From the IMG/VR virus record IMGVR_UViG_3300007760_001418, positions 23,821 to 87,820 of that record: 64,000 nucleotides of DNA; one strand, 5' to 3'. The notes under the pieces were generated by a model. It ran no database searches and had not been told where the DNA came from. It saw only the letters and a program-made list of their open reading frames with translations. Numbering within the stretch: the first letter of the stretch is position 1; each line of letters begins with the position of its first letter. This DNA is from a virus. Position numbers and translations under genes: made by a program. Shown here one piece after another: positions 28,301-37,967 of this stretch.

Positions 28301-31300
28301 AAATACAAGGACAGATTACAGAAGCCCAAGCTGAGCTAGAGGGTCTAAATGAGCATATATCACAATTAACATATGGGTATAGCAATAGTTGCCAACAGGA
28401 TGGTGGATGGACAGCAAGAGAATCAACAATTACAGGTTCAAGAGCACTAAGGGGTATAATACCGGTTAGCCCTTACCCTACGAGGCTAGGGCCGGCAAAT
28501 GATAAGTGGCATTGTTTTAGAAATAGCCAGCACTTAAGTAATTGGTTTTCTTCAGCACATGTGACGAATCCAGGCGGGGATGGTTGGGCTTGTGATAAGT
28601 CAATCTTTGTGACATGGCAATGGGGCACCAGCGGGGACAATATGGGCTGGCAACCCAATCCAGATGCAGGGTATAATATTGCCTTGACCCAATTTAACAT
28701 GAATGTCCAGGTACCGGTATGTAGTGAACAATTACTGGATAGTGGTAAAGAATGCAATCCAATGGGTTGTACAGATCAAGATGCATGTAACTATAATGAG
28801 AATGCAACAATAGATGATGGCAGTTGCATGTTTGAAGATTGTTTCGGGGAATGCGGTGGAGATGCTGTTGACTTAGGTTGCGGTTGCGGAGAGCCTGCTC
28901 CCACGTATGTCTGCGATAATTCATCTGAGCTAGTTTGTGAAGAATGTGATTGTCCACCGCCCACAGCTTTTAATCATTCTGCCGGTATGAATGAAGATGA
29001 ATCATACACGGCTACAATTACAGGTAGCGGGCATAATGCAGGCTGGACGGTCAGCAGTTACCCTACAAGTGGAAGCGTTACACTCGATTCGGATACTGGC
29101 GAGTTCACCTACGTACCTAACGAGGAGTTCTCTGGAAATGATAGCTTCGTCGCTAAGATTACAGACAGTTGTGGAAGAACTGCATATGCAGATGTTAACA
29201 TTATTGTTACCCCAGTAAATGATCCGCCTATTGCAATTATCGGACATGACATGGAAGATGGTGATGGTGGTGGTGGCAGCAATAATATCACTATAACAAA
29301 TATAGAGGCAGTGAACTTAGAACTGAATGCGTCGGCCTCATATGATGTCGATAATTCTCCAGGAGATCTAACATATCGTTGGACGTCAGCAATAGCACCT
29401 GGTAGTTCATGTACTAGTGATGATACTTGCCAAGAAGGGTATTATTGTGATATGGGGACATGTCAACCCATAGTACTTTCGGAAGGAATTACATTTAAGC
29501 CATGGAGCTCCGTCGACGCGTCCCAAATTGGACCGGGATCCTATACATACTTCTTAGTTGCTTCTGACCCCCAGACAGATTCTGCAGCAGATAGCATTAC
29601 AATTATCGTACTACCAAATTTGGGTTGTACAGAGACGTCGGCATGCAACTATAATGAGAATGCCAATGTTGATGACGGCACCTGCGAGTTCGCTGGTGAA
29701 TGCTATGATTGCTTTGGGAATTGCATATGCGAAGAAGATTGCTTTGGAGAATGTGGCGGGGCCGCTGTAGAAGATGATTGCGGCGAGTGCAACGGAGATA
29801 ATAGCACATGTTCCGGCTGTACAGACGATACAGCATGTAATTATGACCCTAGTGCAACCATTGATGATGGCAGTTGCCAATATGCAGATTGGGAATGCTG
29901 GGACGGAAGCTTCGTTTGTGAAGAAACATTATGTCCACCCGCGGTATTTTGTTTAGGCGCAGAGTGGGATGCAGAACAAGGGCAAGAAGGTGCACTTGGC
30001 CTAACATTCAAATGGCCAGAAGAGCCTGAAATCGTCGGATTCCAGATCGGACTTGACGCCGGCGCCGGCTTTAACTTAAGAAATGTATTTGGTGGAGCAG
30101 CAGGAGAAGCTGGTTTCAATATATCTCACTCTGGTGGCGGAACTATAGTTGCATTTTCAAATGCAGGGTCATCAATCCGTGGAAGTGATTGTAACGGCAC
30201 ACCTCTAATCTATCTTGATTTTATAGGGGAACTAGGGCCAAACTTTGTTAATAATGTATATGTACAATTCCTTGTAAGTGACCCACTGTTTATTGTCAAT
30301 TACCAGGATAATACAAACGGTGGTGTTGTACAACTCGACCTTGGGTGTTGTGAGAATGATCGGGCAACGAATGACCCACGAAAATCTGGTTGTGATAATG
30401 TTAAAGGATCTGGAACAACATACGATGACTGCGGCATATGCCGAGACCTTAAAGATCCGGATTGGAATTCCACGTGCCTCGACTGTAATGACGTCCCGGG
30501 TGGTACCGCAGAAATAGATGATTGCGGCGACTGTTGGGAAAATGGGCGCGAGAATGCTAATTGGAATAGTAAAGATGAAGGCTGTGGTTGTGGCAACGGT
30601 GCGAAGATAGCTAGCGGTAAGAATAAAGGTTGTTGTCCGGATGAAGCTGTCAACAATGTTGGTTGTGGTTGCGATGAGTCCGGTAATGCAATCAGTAAGA
30701 AGCAAAACGGTTGTTGCCCAGGTGTGGCCAAGGGAGATTGTGATTGTGATGAATCTGGCCAGAGGGTCGACGTCGATGCAGACAATTGTTGCCCAGATGG
30801 AAAAGGACCGGATGGTGAAGAAAAAGACTGCGCCGATGAATGTGGTGGCCCAAAGAAATCAGATGAATGTAATGACTGCGAAGATCCCGCTAGCAATGAT
30901 TGGGTATCGGTATCCACAAACTTTAGCTTAGGTGCACCATGTGATTGTGATCCGGTAGTAAATTGGGATGAATGTGAAAACTGCCCAAGCGATGACAACT
31001 ATCAAGCACCAAAGGCTTATCCTGCAATTAACCCAACTGATGGGCCTTGTTGCCCGGGTGATCCAGGATATGGAAATCTTAAGCCTCAAAAACAAGAAAA
31101 CATTGGTAAACCATGTAACTGTGCCGGCGACGTATGGGACTGCAGGGGCATATGTGGCGGTGGTGCTATCGATGAAGGGTGTGGATGTGGCAATGGTCCG
31201 GTAAATGCTGAAACAGGATGTTGTGACAAGGGTCCAAGGAAGAATAAAGGGCCGAATGGCGAAGCCCCCGATTGTGCAGGTAAATGTGGCGGCTCAGCTA

Positions 31301-31869
31301 CTGAAGATGATTGCAGTAATTGTAGTGACATCAGTGAAGGTGACGATGGTTGGAATGATTGTTGGGACTGTGAAGGTACAGCACATGGCACCGCTACTGA
31401 CGAAGGTTGTGGTTGCGGCAACGGGCCGGTAAATGCTGAAACAGGCTGTTGCGATAAAGGACCGAATAAGGGCAAAGGCCCGAACGGTGAGAAGGCAGAC
31501 TGTACAGGCAAATGTGGCGGCACCACAGAGCCGGATTGCAATGATGATTGTGGTGGATCAGCCTTTATCGACGATTGTGACGAATGTGTTGGCGGGAAAA
31601 CGGGCAAATTAGCAAATTGGAAACATGGTGACTGTGGTACATGTGACGGTGCCAACGTCGATCAAGATGGCTGCTGCCCGAATGGCAAGACACCGGAAGG
31701 CGACCCATGTCCAGATCCAGACCTAGTCACTAGTGACCCATGTGATAACGTCGTTTGTATGCATCCAAAATATTGTGTTGACGGTCAATGTGTACAAGAT
31801 GGCGGTGATGATGGCCATGGCCTCCCCGGGGATACCGATGGGTGGAGTGGCGTTGAAAGCTTGCCCTAG
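25381..31869 (+). CDS. Giant multidomain Cys-rich adhesin-like (probably virion) protein
   Basis: 2162 aa. Contains a reelin/BNR-like LEYSVDG..W segment, an Ig/cadherin-like NED..GEFTYVPN..GNDSF..VNDPP domain, a PKD-like domain, a cohesin-like GFQI..AGF domain, three GCT..ACNY..A..DDG.C repeats and many DC.G.CGG repeats. Confidence 0.7.
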   Translation: MASYRWYDGQRIYDTLDDLKEIKTQEAPPFKGTIAIVTSPGYNCPVSSNWELFDRGFQSKRIEEAQGGGASVEANLCDQIKAWDYEKILQEIFRQEETSSLGFGGYEESDPGAGGKTRSMAMENWAAQPSEKQIRAVYSKHLEYMDGDRTWSPTLFDIKYIIAPMMMRSLGKEDEDLDLSDLYKKLIESLLKSTYSEVGERYDCLNAALDSGRFTAMQSFRDGFITKSVEVQAGGWVDYAMYTQGAQQTSENGYYGNAESQAFQAEATYGQVASQTSEDDWKNQAQQAQQDSAPQTKIEEQQLGPIISCLSAGGEVLLPWVMDTEGKGQPIGWVVNPEIPGAMGIDRPLGEGTVHPMGRETTYIFTSRINVDPMLFPIPDELNRYLKTEEKVQGPVAISYAYIQGQWALYSDRDPKSKGLVLDKPEENQQDDLTLEYSVDGNDWIEVINHPADDNEQPAVRMRRGENPWRVHGVVIDSDEEFYIRFVQKSFNRGSHRVSDEWSIDDVIVCGLGGDGESAEVKQGEPRSGEGTKEDCLEYCGPGTGIGVYVWIPTMRLEDAWIELQGGSCHDVSFSEEQEDAIGIGRFVVRPNDRQGGTTNNPESNGGPGDTGRWVSVIPSALWKRLLGPERLETHVMSHQDCLAVCDGPPISNSAGGEYYGEKAFDTFDGFDTLLLKPTPLRHDGYGIYGGVWLPKLGNEGDEVEIHVTAAINAWGAGVYEFETDTTPAVVIMVLDSYDSNGDGIPDGDGWNGTVLRLKNVETNELVDGEITLLDGATGEIMFTSLQPETKYRLWCQEEGNWSYEIGMEIKDQDSGSVLLNIPFGSITEADLAPGHDVNNSGGNGGGNDGPPEITGEGLTLRVYCGTGIEAYSNTEVMIQNSELLGEVEADMTGIVIPAGQTKELGLNLKLKAIPWDYPEGMPPEAIEQCDSLWKQIEDAKAQCQATEALLAELYVTYHENDCNGEGDPELCAQIQGQITEAQAELEGLNEHISQLTYGYSNSCQQDGGWTARESTITGSRALRGIIPVSPYPTRLGPANDKWHCFRNSQHLSNWFSSAHVTNPGGDGWACDKSIFVTWQWGTSGDNMGWQPNPDAGYNIALTQFNMNVQVPVCSEQLLDSGKECNPMGCTDQDACNYNENATIDDGSCMFEDCFGECGGDAVDLGCGCGEPAPTYVCDNSSELVCEECDCPPPTAFNHSAGMNEDESYTATITGSGHNAGWTVSSYPTSGSVTLDSDTGEFTYVPNEEFSGNDSFVAKITDSCGRTAYADVNIIVTPVNDPPIAIIGHDMEDGDGGGGSNNITITNIEAVNLELNASASYDVDNSPGDLTYRWTSAIAPGSSCTSDDTCQEGYYCDMGTCQPIVLSEGITFKPWSSVDASQIGPGSYTYFLVASDPQTDSAADSITIIVLPNLGCTETSACNYNENANVDDGTCEFAGECYDCFGNCICEEDCFGECGGAAVEDDCGECNGDNSTCSGCTDDTACNYDPSATIDDGSCQYADWECWDGSFVCEETLCPPAVFCLGAEWDAEQGQEGALGLTFKWPEEPEIVGFQIGLDAGAGFNLRNVFGGAAGEAGFNISHSGGGTIVAFSNAGSSIRGSDCNGTPLIYLDFIGELGPNFVNNVYVQFLVSDPLFIVNYQDNTNGGVVQLDLGCCENDRATNDPRKSGCDNVKGSGTTYDDCGICRDLKDPDWNSTCLDCNDVPGGTAEIDDCGDCWENGRENANWNSKDEGCGCGNGAKIASGKNKGCCPDEAVNNVGCGCDESGNAISKKQNGCCPGVAKGDCDCDESGQRVDVDADNCCPDGKGPDGEEKDCADECGGPKKSDECNDCEDPASNDWVSVSTNFSLGAPCDCDPVVNWDECENCPSDDNYQAPKAYPAINPTDGPCCPGDPGYGNLKPQKQENIGKPCNCAGDVWDCRGICGGGAIDEGCGCGNGPVNAETGCCDKGPRKNKGPNGEAPDCAGKCGGSATEDDCSNCSDISEGDDGWNDCWDCEGTAHGTATDEGCGCGNGPVNAETGCCDKGPNKGKGPNGEKADCTGKCGGTTEPDCNDDCGGSAFIDDCDECVGGKTGKLANWKHGDCGTCDGANVDQDGCCPNGKTPEGDPCPDPDLVTSDPCDNVVCMHPKYCVDGQCVQDGGDDGHGLPGDTDGWSGVESLP
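31171..31521 (+). repeat. Two 123-nt intragenic direct repeats (31171-31293 and 31399-31521)
   Basis: Both encode DEGCGCGNGPVNAETGCCDKGP..KGPNGE..DC.GKCGG, with many synonymous differences. Confidence 0.85.
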
Positions 31870-32024
31870 ACTTCGGCTAATTAGTATACTGGTTCAACAC
31901 TGTATTAGAAATAAAGAAAAATAAGAATAAAGAATAACTGATTACTGATTAGCTGTATTCTGTATCTGATATATAGATCTACTATGGCTCATGAGAATGT
32001 ATAATCAACTATACAAACTTTTTT

Positions 32025-32079
32025 TCCTGGGTACCTTATCATAGAATGAATAAGTTGTGCCAAAGGGTACTACCCAGGA
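32025..32079 (+). promoter_or_regulatory. Inverted repeat covering the RBS of the first glycosylation-island gene
   Basis: TCCTGGGTA (32025-33) is a perfect complement of TACCCAGGA (32071-79), which overlaps the AGGAG RBS. Confidence 0.5.
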
Positions 32080-32088
32080 GAAATAATT

Positions 32089-34017
32089 GTGCTGAAGAGT
32101 CCATTCGACCCACCCGTATCTAATAATATCAGCATCCCAGATGATGCCGAAGTAGTTTTTGTTTCAGATTTCTTTGTTGAGGATCTAGTCGGAGGTGCTG
32201 AACTAACCTCAGAAGCTTTGATTGAAGCTAGTCCTTTTAAGGTTTTCAAATTACATAGTAAAGATGTATCCCTTCAGGTCCTGGAACAGGGCATTGGTCT
32301 CCATTGGGTATTCGGAAACTATTCTGGAGTTAATCCTGAGATGATCCCTTCTATTGTAGGCAACATGGAATATTCAGTGCTGGAGTACGATTACAAGTAT
32401 TGTAAATACCGGTCACCAGAGAAACACAAGAGCATTGAGATGAAAGAATGCGACTGCCATGAAGGTATCCAAGGCAAAATGATATCGGCCTTCATGTATG
32501 GTGCAAAGAGCCTCTGGTGGATGTCAGAAAGACAACAGCAAAACTATTTTGATAAGTTTCCTTTTCTTTCAGAACGTCCTAACGTAGTACTCAGCTCAGT
32601 CTTTAATGATGACTTTTTTGCTATGCTCAAAGTTATGAAGGAACAAAATCAAGACGTTGAGCGCAGCGGCTGGCTAGTCTTAGGTAGCACATCCTGGATA
32701 AAGGGAACAGACGCAGCAGTACGGTACTGTGAGGATAACAATCTAGATCATAAGGTATTATTGCAGCTGCCATATGCGGAGGTGCTTGATGAAATGTCAA
32801 GGGCAGAAGGATTTGTATATCTTCCTCAGGGCGGAGACACCTGTCCCCGTATGGTTATTGAAGCTAAACTGTTAGGTTGTAAGCTACATATCAATGATAA
32901 TGTTGAACATGCAAATGAGTTGTGGTTTGATACTGATGATACCTTTGACACCATGGCATATCTTTATGCTGCAAGGAAAAGATTCTGGGATGGTATCACT
33001 CATGCAATGGAGTTTGTCCCAACTCTAAGCGGCTATACAACAACATTAGATTGTAATAAGAACGGGTACCCATGGAAGGCTTCTATTAAATCTATGCTTG
33101 GATTCTGTAATGAGGTTGTTGTCGTCGACGGCGGCTCTACAGACGGTACATGGAAAGAATTGCAGGCATGGGCCCACGAAGAAGACAGACTAAACGTATA
33201 TCAAGTTGAAAGGGATTGGGGCCATCCGAGGTTTGCTGTTTTTGATGGTCAACAAAAAGCAGAGGCAAGATCCAGATGCACTGGTGAGTTCTGTTGGCAA
33301 CAGGATGCAGATGAAGTAGTCCATGAGAATGACTATGAAAAAATCCCTCGCCTTCTTAAGACGTTTCCAGTTGATGCAGATGTCGTCTCTTTACCTGTCG
33401 TTGAATACTGGGGCAGTGCTAAGAAAGCACGGGTTGATGTAAATCCATGGAAGTGGCGAATATCAAGAAATGCCCCGCATATTACCCATGGTATTCCAGC
33501 ACCATTTCGTATGACTGATGACGATGGTAACCTATATGCTTCTCCAGGTACAGACGGTTGTGATTACATCCATAATGAGACATACCAAGTGCTTCCTCAT
33601 GCTAGCTTTTATACATCAGACGTACATAATGTTAGGCTACATGCCGCGGCCGGCTCTCCTGGTGCACTAGAGCATTATACTGAGTGGTATAAGCGGGTTG
33701 TTGAAATGCTTCCTGGTGTATATCATTATTCCTGGTTTGATCTAGAGAGAAAGATTAAGACATATAGGGATTACTGGTCACAGCATTGGCAGAGTTTATA
33801 CAACATTGAACAAGAAGATACGGCTGAGAATAATATGTTCTTTGAACGTCCCTGGTCAGAGGTTACTGACAATGATATTACTGAACTAGCAACAAAATTA
33901 GAAGATAAAATGGGGGGCTGGGTATTTCATGTTCCGATTAATTTTGACAATCCGACTCCACACATTACATTAGAAACGTCACAACCGGCGGTTATGGTGG
34001 AAGATGACTCAGAATGA
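32089..34017 (+). CDS. Two-domain glycosyltransferase (GT-B-like N-terminus fused to GT2-like C-terminus)
   Basis: GGAELT, KGTD and FVYLPQGGDTCPRMVIEAKLLGC (GT-B); EVVVVDGGSTDGT and QQDADE (GT-A). Confidence 0.82.
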   Translation: MLKSPFDPPVSNNISIPDDAEVVFVSDFFVEDLVGGAELTSEALIEASPFKVFKLHSKDVSLQVLEQGIGLHWVFGNYSGVNPEMIPSIVGNMEYSVLEYDYKYCKYRSPEKHKSIEMKECDCHEGIQGKMISAFMYGAKSLWWMSERQQQNYFDKFPFLSERPNVVLSSVFNDDFFAMLKVMKEQNQDVERSGWLVLGSTSWIKGTDAAVRYCEDNNLDHKVLLQLPYAEVLDEMSRAEGFVYLPQGGDTCPRMVIEAKLLGCKLHINDNVEHANELWFDTDDTFDTMAYLYAARKRFWDGITHAMEFVPTLSGYTTTLDCNKNGYPWKASIKSMLGFCNEVVVVDGGSTDGTWKELQAWAHEEDRLNVYQVERDWGHPRFAVFDGQQKAEARSRCTGEFCWQQDADEVVHENDYEKIPRLLKTFPVDADVVSLPVVEYWGSAKKARVDVNPWKWRISRNAPHITHGIPAPFRMTDDDGNLYASPGTDGCDYIHNETYQVLPHASFYTSDVHNVRLHAAAGSPGALEHYTEWYKRVVEMLPGVYHYSWFDLERKIKTYRDYWSQHWQSLYNIEQEDTAENNMFFERPWSEVTDNDITELATKLEDKMGGWVFHVPINFDNPTPHITLETSQPAVMVEDDSE

Positions 34018-34753
34018 GAATGAAGTAAATCCTAATGATATAGTAATAGGTGTTGTAGTACCCTGTTACAATCATGGAGAGTATCTAAAAGAAAGTGTTG
34101 AGTCGATTTTTAATCAGACCCACCAGAATATTCGCGTTATTATTGTTAATGATGGCTCAACCGATAATACGGCAGAAGTTGCCCGAGAGCTTGTAGCCTC
34201 TGATGATAGGGCAGGTTATATAGAACTAGCCGAAAATCGTGGGAAGTGGTGTGCTATGAATCAGGCAATCGCGCGCATGGACTGTGTGTTTGTAACGACA
34301 CAGGATGCGGATGATGTTTCTACACCAGATCGCCTCGAGCGCCAACTACAATGCCTGCTGCAGACAAATACATCACATAATCTATGTGGATTTTATAATT
34401 GTGAAAATGAAGATGACATCAATGTCCATCGCCTCAAGCGTAAAGAGGGTGAACTTCCGATTATGCCACTTGATGAAGTGCTTAAGCATGTATTAACAGG
34501 GATGCATTCACCAGGCATTAATCATTATTACACAGGCGAATTCGAAACTGCCGGTGCCAGCGCAATGTTTCATAAAAATATATGGAACTTTGGTACCAGG
34601 TTCAACCCACCAGGTATTGGCCTAAGGGTACTGAATAGCGAAGACTCTGACTTCAATTTTCGTGTGACCTTTAACACAACAAGAACATCAGTCCTTCTAG
34701 AGAAGCTTTACTGCTATAGAAGAAATACTTCCACGAATAACGAGGAGATATAA
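34004..34753 (+). CDS. Glycosyltransferase family 2
   Basis: VVVPCYN, IVNDGSTD, QDADD and SEDSDF. Confidence 0.9.
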   Translation: MTQNENEVNPNDIVIGVVVPCYNHGEYLKESVESIFNQTHQNIRVIIVNDGSTDNTAEVARELVASDDRAGYIELAENRGKWCAMNQAIARMDCVFVTTQDADDVSTPDRLERQLQCLLQTNTSHNLCGFYNCENEDDINVHRLKRKEGELPIMPLDEVLKHVLTGMHSPGINHYYTGEFETAGASAMFHKNIWNFGTRFNPPGIGLRVLNSEDSDFNFRVTFNTTRTSVLLEKLYCYRRNTSTNNEEI

Positions 34754-34754
34754 T

Positions 34755-35552
34755 ATGAGACTAAAGACAGGGGAGCCGAAGCTATTAGTAAAGTTTCCAA
34801 CTCGAGGCAGGCCTCAAAAGTTCTTTTACGTATTGACATTGTATTATCAGTACCTCAAGGGTAAGCACTTTGAGTTTGTAATATCATGTGACGAAGATGA
34901 TGAGACGATGAATAATGAAACCGTCCGCAATCATTTCAAGCAATTTCCTAATCTTACAGCTTATTATTCTAAGAATGCTAATAAGGTAGAAGCGATCAAC
35001 GCCAATATGGAAGGTAAGGATTTTGATATCCTACTACTGGCCAGTGATGATATGATTCCTGAAATTCCTGGATATGATGCTATTATTAAAAATACAATGA
35101 TGACAACATATCCGGATTATGATGGAGTATTGTGGTTTTTTGATGGATTTCGAAAAGATCTAAACACACTTTGTATCCTTGGTAAAAAGTACTATGATAG
35201 ATTCGGGTACATTTACAATCCCCAGTATAAGACATGGTTCTGTGATAATGAGTTTACCATAGTTGCAGATATGCTAAAGAAGCAGACCCCAGTGAATCAA
35301 GTGATTATACGTCACTGTCATCCAGATATTGTTGGTTATGGCCACGACGGTACATACCAAAGAAATAATGATGATGATGAAAAGCAGGCCGATCAGCAGA
35401 TACTATTAGCTAGAAAAGAAATCGATTTTGATGTACCACAATTGCTATTAGCAGACAGGGAACGTCAACAGGCCCAGCCCAAGCCGGTACCTCCGAAGAA
35501 TAAGTCTAAAAAGTCGACTCGAAAAAATAGAAAGAAGAGAAAGAAGAGATAG
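34755..35552 (+). CDS. GT-A fold glycosyltransferase (GT2-like) with a basic C-terminal tail
   Basis: KFPTRGRP, KVEAIN, LASDDMIP and WFCDNEF; Lys/Arg-rich tail. Confidence 0.75.
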   Translation: MRLKTGEPKLLVKFPTRGRPQKFFYVLTLYYQYLKGKHFEFVISCDEDDETMNNETVRNHFKQFPNLTAYYSKNANKVEAINANMEGKDFDILLLASDDMIPEIPGYDAIIKNTMMTTYPDYDGVLWFFDGFRKDLNTLCILGKKYYDRFGYIYNPQYKTWFCDNEFTIVADMLKKQTPVNQVIIRHCHPDIVGYGHDGTYQRNNDDDEKQADQQILLARKEIDFDVPQLLLADRERQQAQPKPVPPKNKSKKSTRKNRKKRKKR

Positions 35553-35558
35553 AAATAC

Positions 35559-36392
35559 ATGATTCTAAACGTCGACTATCCTATCGGTGCTAGCTGTAAG
35601 GTTCCAACAGAGGATACAATTTGTGGAAATTTAATTGAAGAAAACTCAATTCCCGAGGATTATACCCTTGTAAATTGTAATTGGACAAAATGTATTAATG
35701 GGTGGGGGCTACAAAGAACGCAGCAAAAACTAAATGATACGAAGGTACAACTAGTTGCCGCCGGTCGTGATGTCCAAAAGTCAATCTTTATATGCCAACA
35801 CATATCAGCTGATAAATTGGTATGGCCATCAGGATTAGTTTTTTCACCACATGCCACAAAAGGAAATCATCATATTGCTATTCCTCATATTGCATGTAGC
35901 TATCCAACATTTAGAAGTGAGAGAAAGCTCACGGCCAGCTTTATGGGAAGCTTTGAAACACATTGGACTCGGCCTTTATTGGAAAACCATAAATCTTCGA
36001 ATGTGACTATAATCAATAGTGGCGTATGGTACCATTATAATCCGGACGAATTTCGAAAGAGCACGTACGAAAACTTGCTGGCCATTAGTAAGTTTACATT
36101 TTGTCCACGTGGAACAGGTCCAAGCACAATAAGAATATGGGAAGCACTTGCAGCCGGCAGTATACCAGTAATATTCTCAGATTCTTTAGCTTTACCCAAT
36201 ATTGATTATGACTGGAATGATGTGGTAATTTTTATTCCTGAGCAAAATATAATGAACGCAATGAACATATTGAGCAGATATTCAGACAATGATATTGTTA
36301 CGATGTCTAATGCTGGGATGAAAGTATTTCAGGAATATTGTAGCCAAGAGAATATTCACAAGTTTATTATTAATGAGATTCAAGCATGTTAA
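35559..36392 (+). CDS. Exostosin (GT47)-like glycosyltransferase
   Basis: SFMGSFETH..R, SKFTFCPRGTGPSTIRIWEALAAGSIPVIFSD. Confidence 0.85.
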   Translation: MILNVDYPIGASCKVPTEDTICGNLIEENSIPEDYTLVNCNWTKCINGWGLQRTQQKLNDTKVQLVAAGRDVQKSIFICQHISADKLVWPSGLVFSPHATKGNHHIAIPHIACSYPTFRSERKLTASFMGSFETHWTRPLLENHKSSNVTIINSGVWYHYNPDEFRKSTYENLLAISKFTFCPRGTGPSTIRIWEALAAGSIPVIFSDSLALPNIDYDWNDVVIFIPEQNIMNAMNILSRYSDNDIVTMSNAGMKVFQEYCSQENIHKFIINEIQAC

Positions 36393-37150
36393 TTGTCACA
36401 ATCTTTAATTACCCAGACAACGAAAATTATAATACTATGTGTAAGTGCTGGATACAACAGACCGCTCTTCATTGTGGTGGTTCAAGAATACTCATTTTAA
36501 CAGAACAAGATTCTTTACCACCAGATGTTAGTGAGTTTGCTAGTAGATATCCATCAGTAACAATAGAGAAGAAAGAACGTTCAGGCCACATTGACCTATC
36601 TACTGCAGGTCAAAAAGCCAATCATAACGTTTTATTTAAGCTTTACAATCTATGCAGTATAACAGAGCCATTTATCTTTGTCGACGCTGATGCATTTTTT
36701 CTGTCTAGTTACGAGAACTTACTAACGGCTTCATATGATAAGCCATTTATAGCTGTAAATCATCAAAAGATTCCGGATCATACTTCTCATTTACCATATG
36801 ATTTTTTCAACTCCGGAATGATGATAGTTTCAGATCCAGCCATTTTGGACTGGCATGCATTAGTAATGAGGCTAATGCAAGATTCAAGATTTGTATATCC
36901 TGGGACTGATCAATCTATGTTAAATTCGTACTTTAAGAATATGAACTATGACTATACACACCCGTTAGTCGGTCATGGATGGAATAGTTGTGCAAAATAT
37001 ACCGTCTATAATCCTGATCAAACTGCACGCTGTATTGGTCTTGGTGAGGAGTATGATGTACACCTCAATCATTTTTGGTGGGAGTTTAAGCCATGGAAGC
37101 TTGGCTGCCCAATATTCAATAAGGTAAAAAACAACAATGAAGAAAGATAA
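36386..37150 (+). CDS. GT8-like glycosyltransferase
   Basis: KLYNL, FVDADAF, FFNSGMM, DQSMLN and HF..FKPW. Confidence 0.8.
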   Translation: MLIVTIFNYPDNENYNTMCKCWIQQTALHCGGSRILILTEQDSLPPDVSEFASRYPSVTIEKKERSGHIDLSTAGQKANHNVLFKLYNLCSITEPFIFVDADAFFLSSYENLLTASYDKPFIAVNHQKIPDHTSHLPYDFFNSGMMIVSDPAILDWHALVMRLMQDSRFVYPGTDQSMLNSYFKNMNYDYTHPLVGHGWNSCAKYTVYNPDQTARCIGLGEEYDVHLNHFWWEFKPWKLGCPIFNKVKNNNEER

Positions 37151-37205
37151 TGAAAAAAGTACCAAAATTCGTAGATCATTAAGGAAATAACTAAGGGAAC
37201 TAATA

Positions 37206-37967
37206 GTGAATGAGCTTATAAAAGATGAGATAACTGTTATTTTAACTGTCTGGAAGCGTCCACATCTTCAGAAACAACTAAATCATGTTTTAAGTCAAAC
37301 AAAAAAGCCGAGTCAAGTTTGGATATATCAAAATGAGTCGCACTTCAATATTGACATTCCTGAAGAGGCAAAGGAGAAACATAATATTTCAGTTATTCAA
37401 TCAAAGGATATAAATTTTAAGTTTCACGGGAGATTTGTTTTGCCTCTCTTATGTGATACAGAATATATCGCGATTTTTGATGATGATACAATACCTGGTC
37501 CACTGTGGTTAGAAAACTGCCTTGACACTTCGAAGAGAAATAACTGTATTGTCGGCGCCAACGGCAGAACCATACGAAGTATTACTAATACATCAAATTC
37601 TGCATGCATCGGCACCGGTGATGGTGCCCCTGTGGAGAAAGAGACGGAGGTAGATTTTGTTGGGCATTGTTGGTTTTTTAAGACTGAGTGGTGTAAAAAC
37701 TTATGGAAAGACCGGCCGGCGAGTTGGGATAATGGAGAAGATATTCACCTTGCTGCAGCTTGTCAAATCTATGAGGGAATAAAGTGCTTTGTACCGAGGA
37801 TGCCACGAGGCAATATACAGCTATGGGGAGACACCGAGGTCCATCTTGGGTCGGATAATGTTGCAACATGGAAGACTAGCAATCATAGTGATTTGAGAGA
37901 TAACGTTATAAAATATTGGATCGATAGAGGGTGGAATCCCTTGGCAGCAAGAGGAACCGATGATTAG
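37206..37967 (+). CDS. GT-A fold glycosyltransferase (GT2/GT64-like)
   Basis: VILTVWKR, IFDDDTIPG, VDFVGH and GEDIHL. Confidence 0.78.
   Translation: MNELIKDEITVILTVWKRPHLQKQLNHVLSQTKKPSQVWIYQNESHFNIDIPEEAKEKHNISVIQSKDINFKFHGRFVLPLLCDTEYIAIFDDDTIPGPLWLENCLDTSKRNNCIVGANGRTIRSITNTSNSACIGTGDGAPVEKETEVDFVGHCWFFKTEWCKNLWKDRPASWDNGEDIHLAAACQIYEGIKCFVPRMPRGNIQLWGDTEVHLGSDNVATWKTSNHSDLRDNVIKYWIDRGWNPLAARGTDD

Noticed and set aside
28473-31655. Numerous minus-strand and alternative-frame ORFs (Gln/Ser/Pro/His-rich)
   Set aside because: They are shadows of the Cys/Gly/Asp-rich repeats in the 2162-aa gene.
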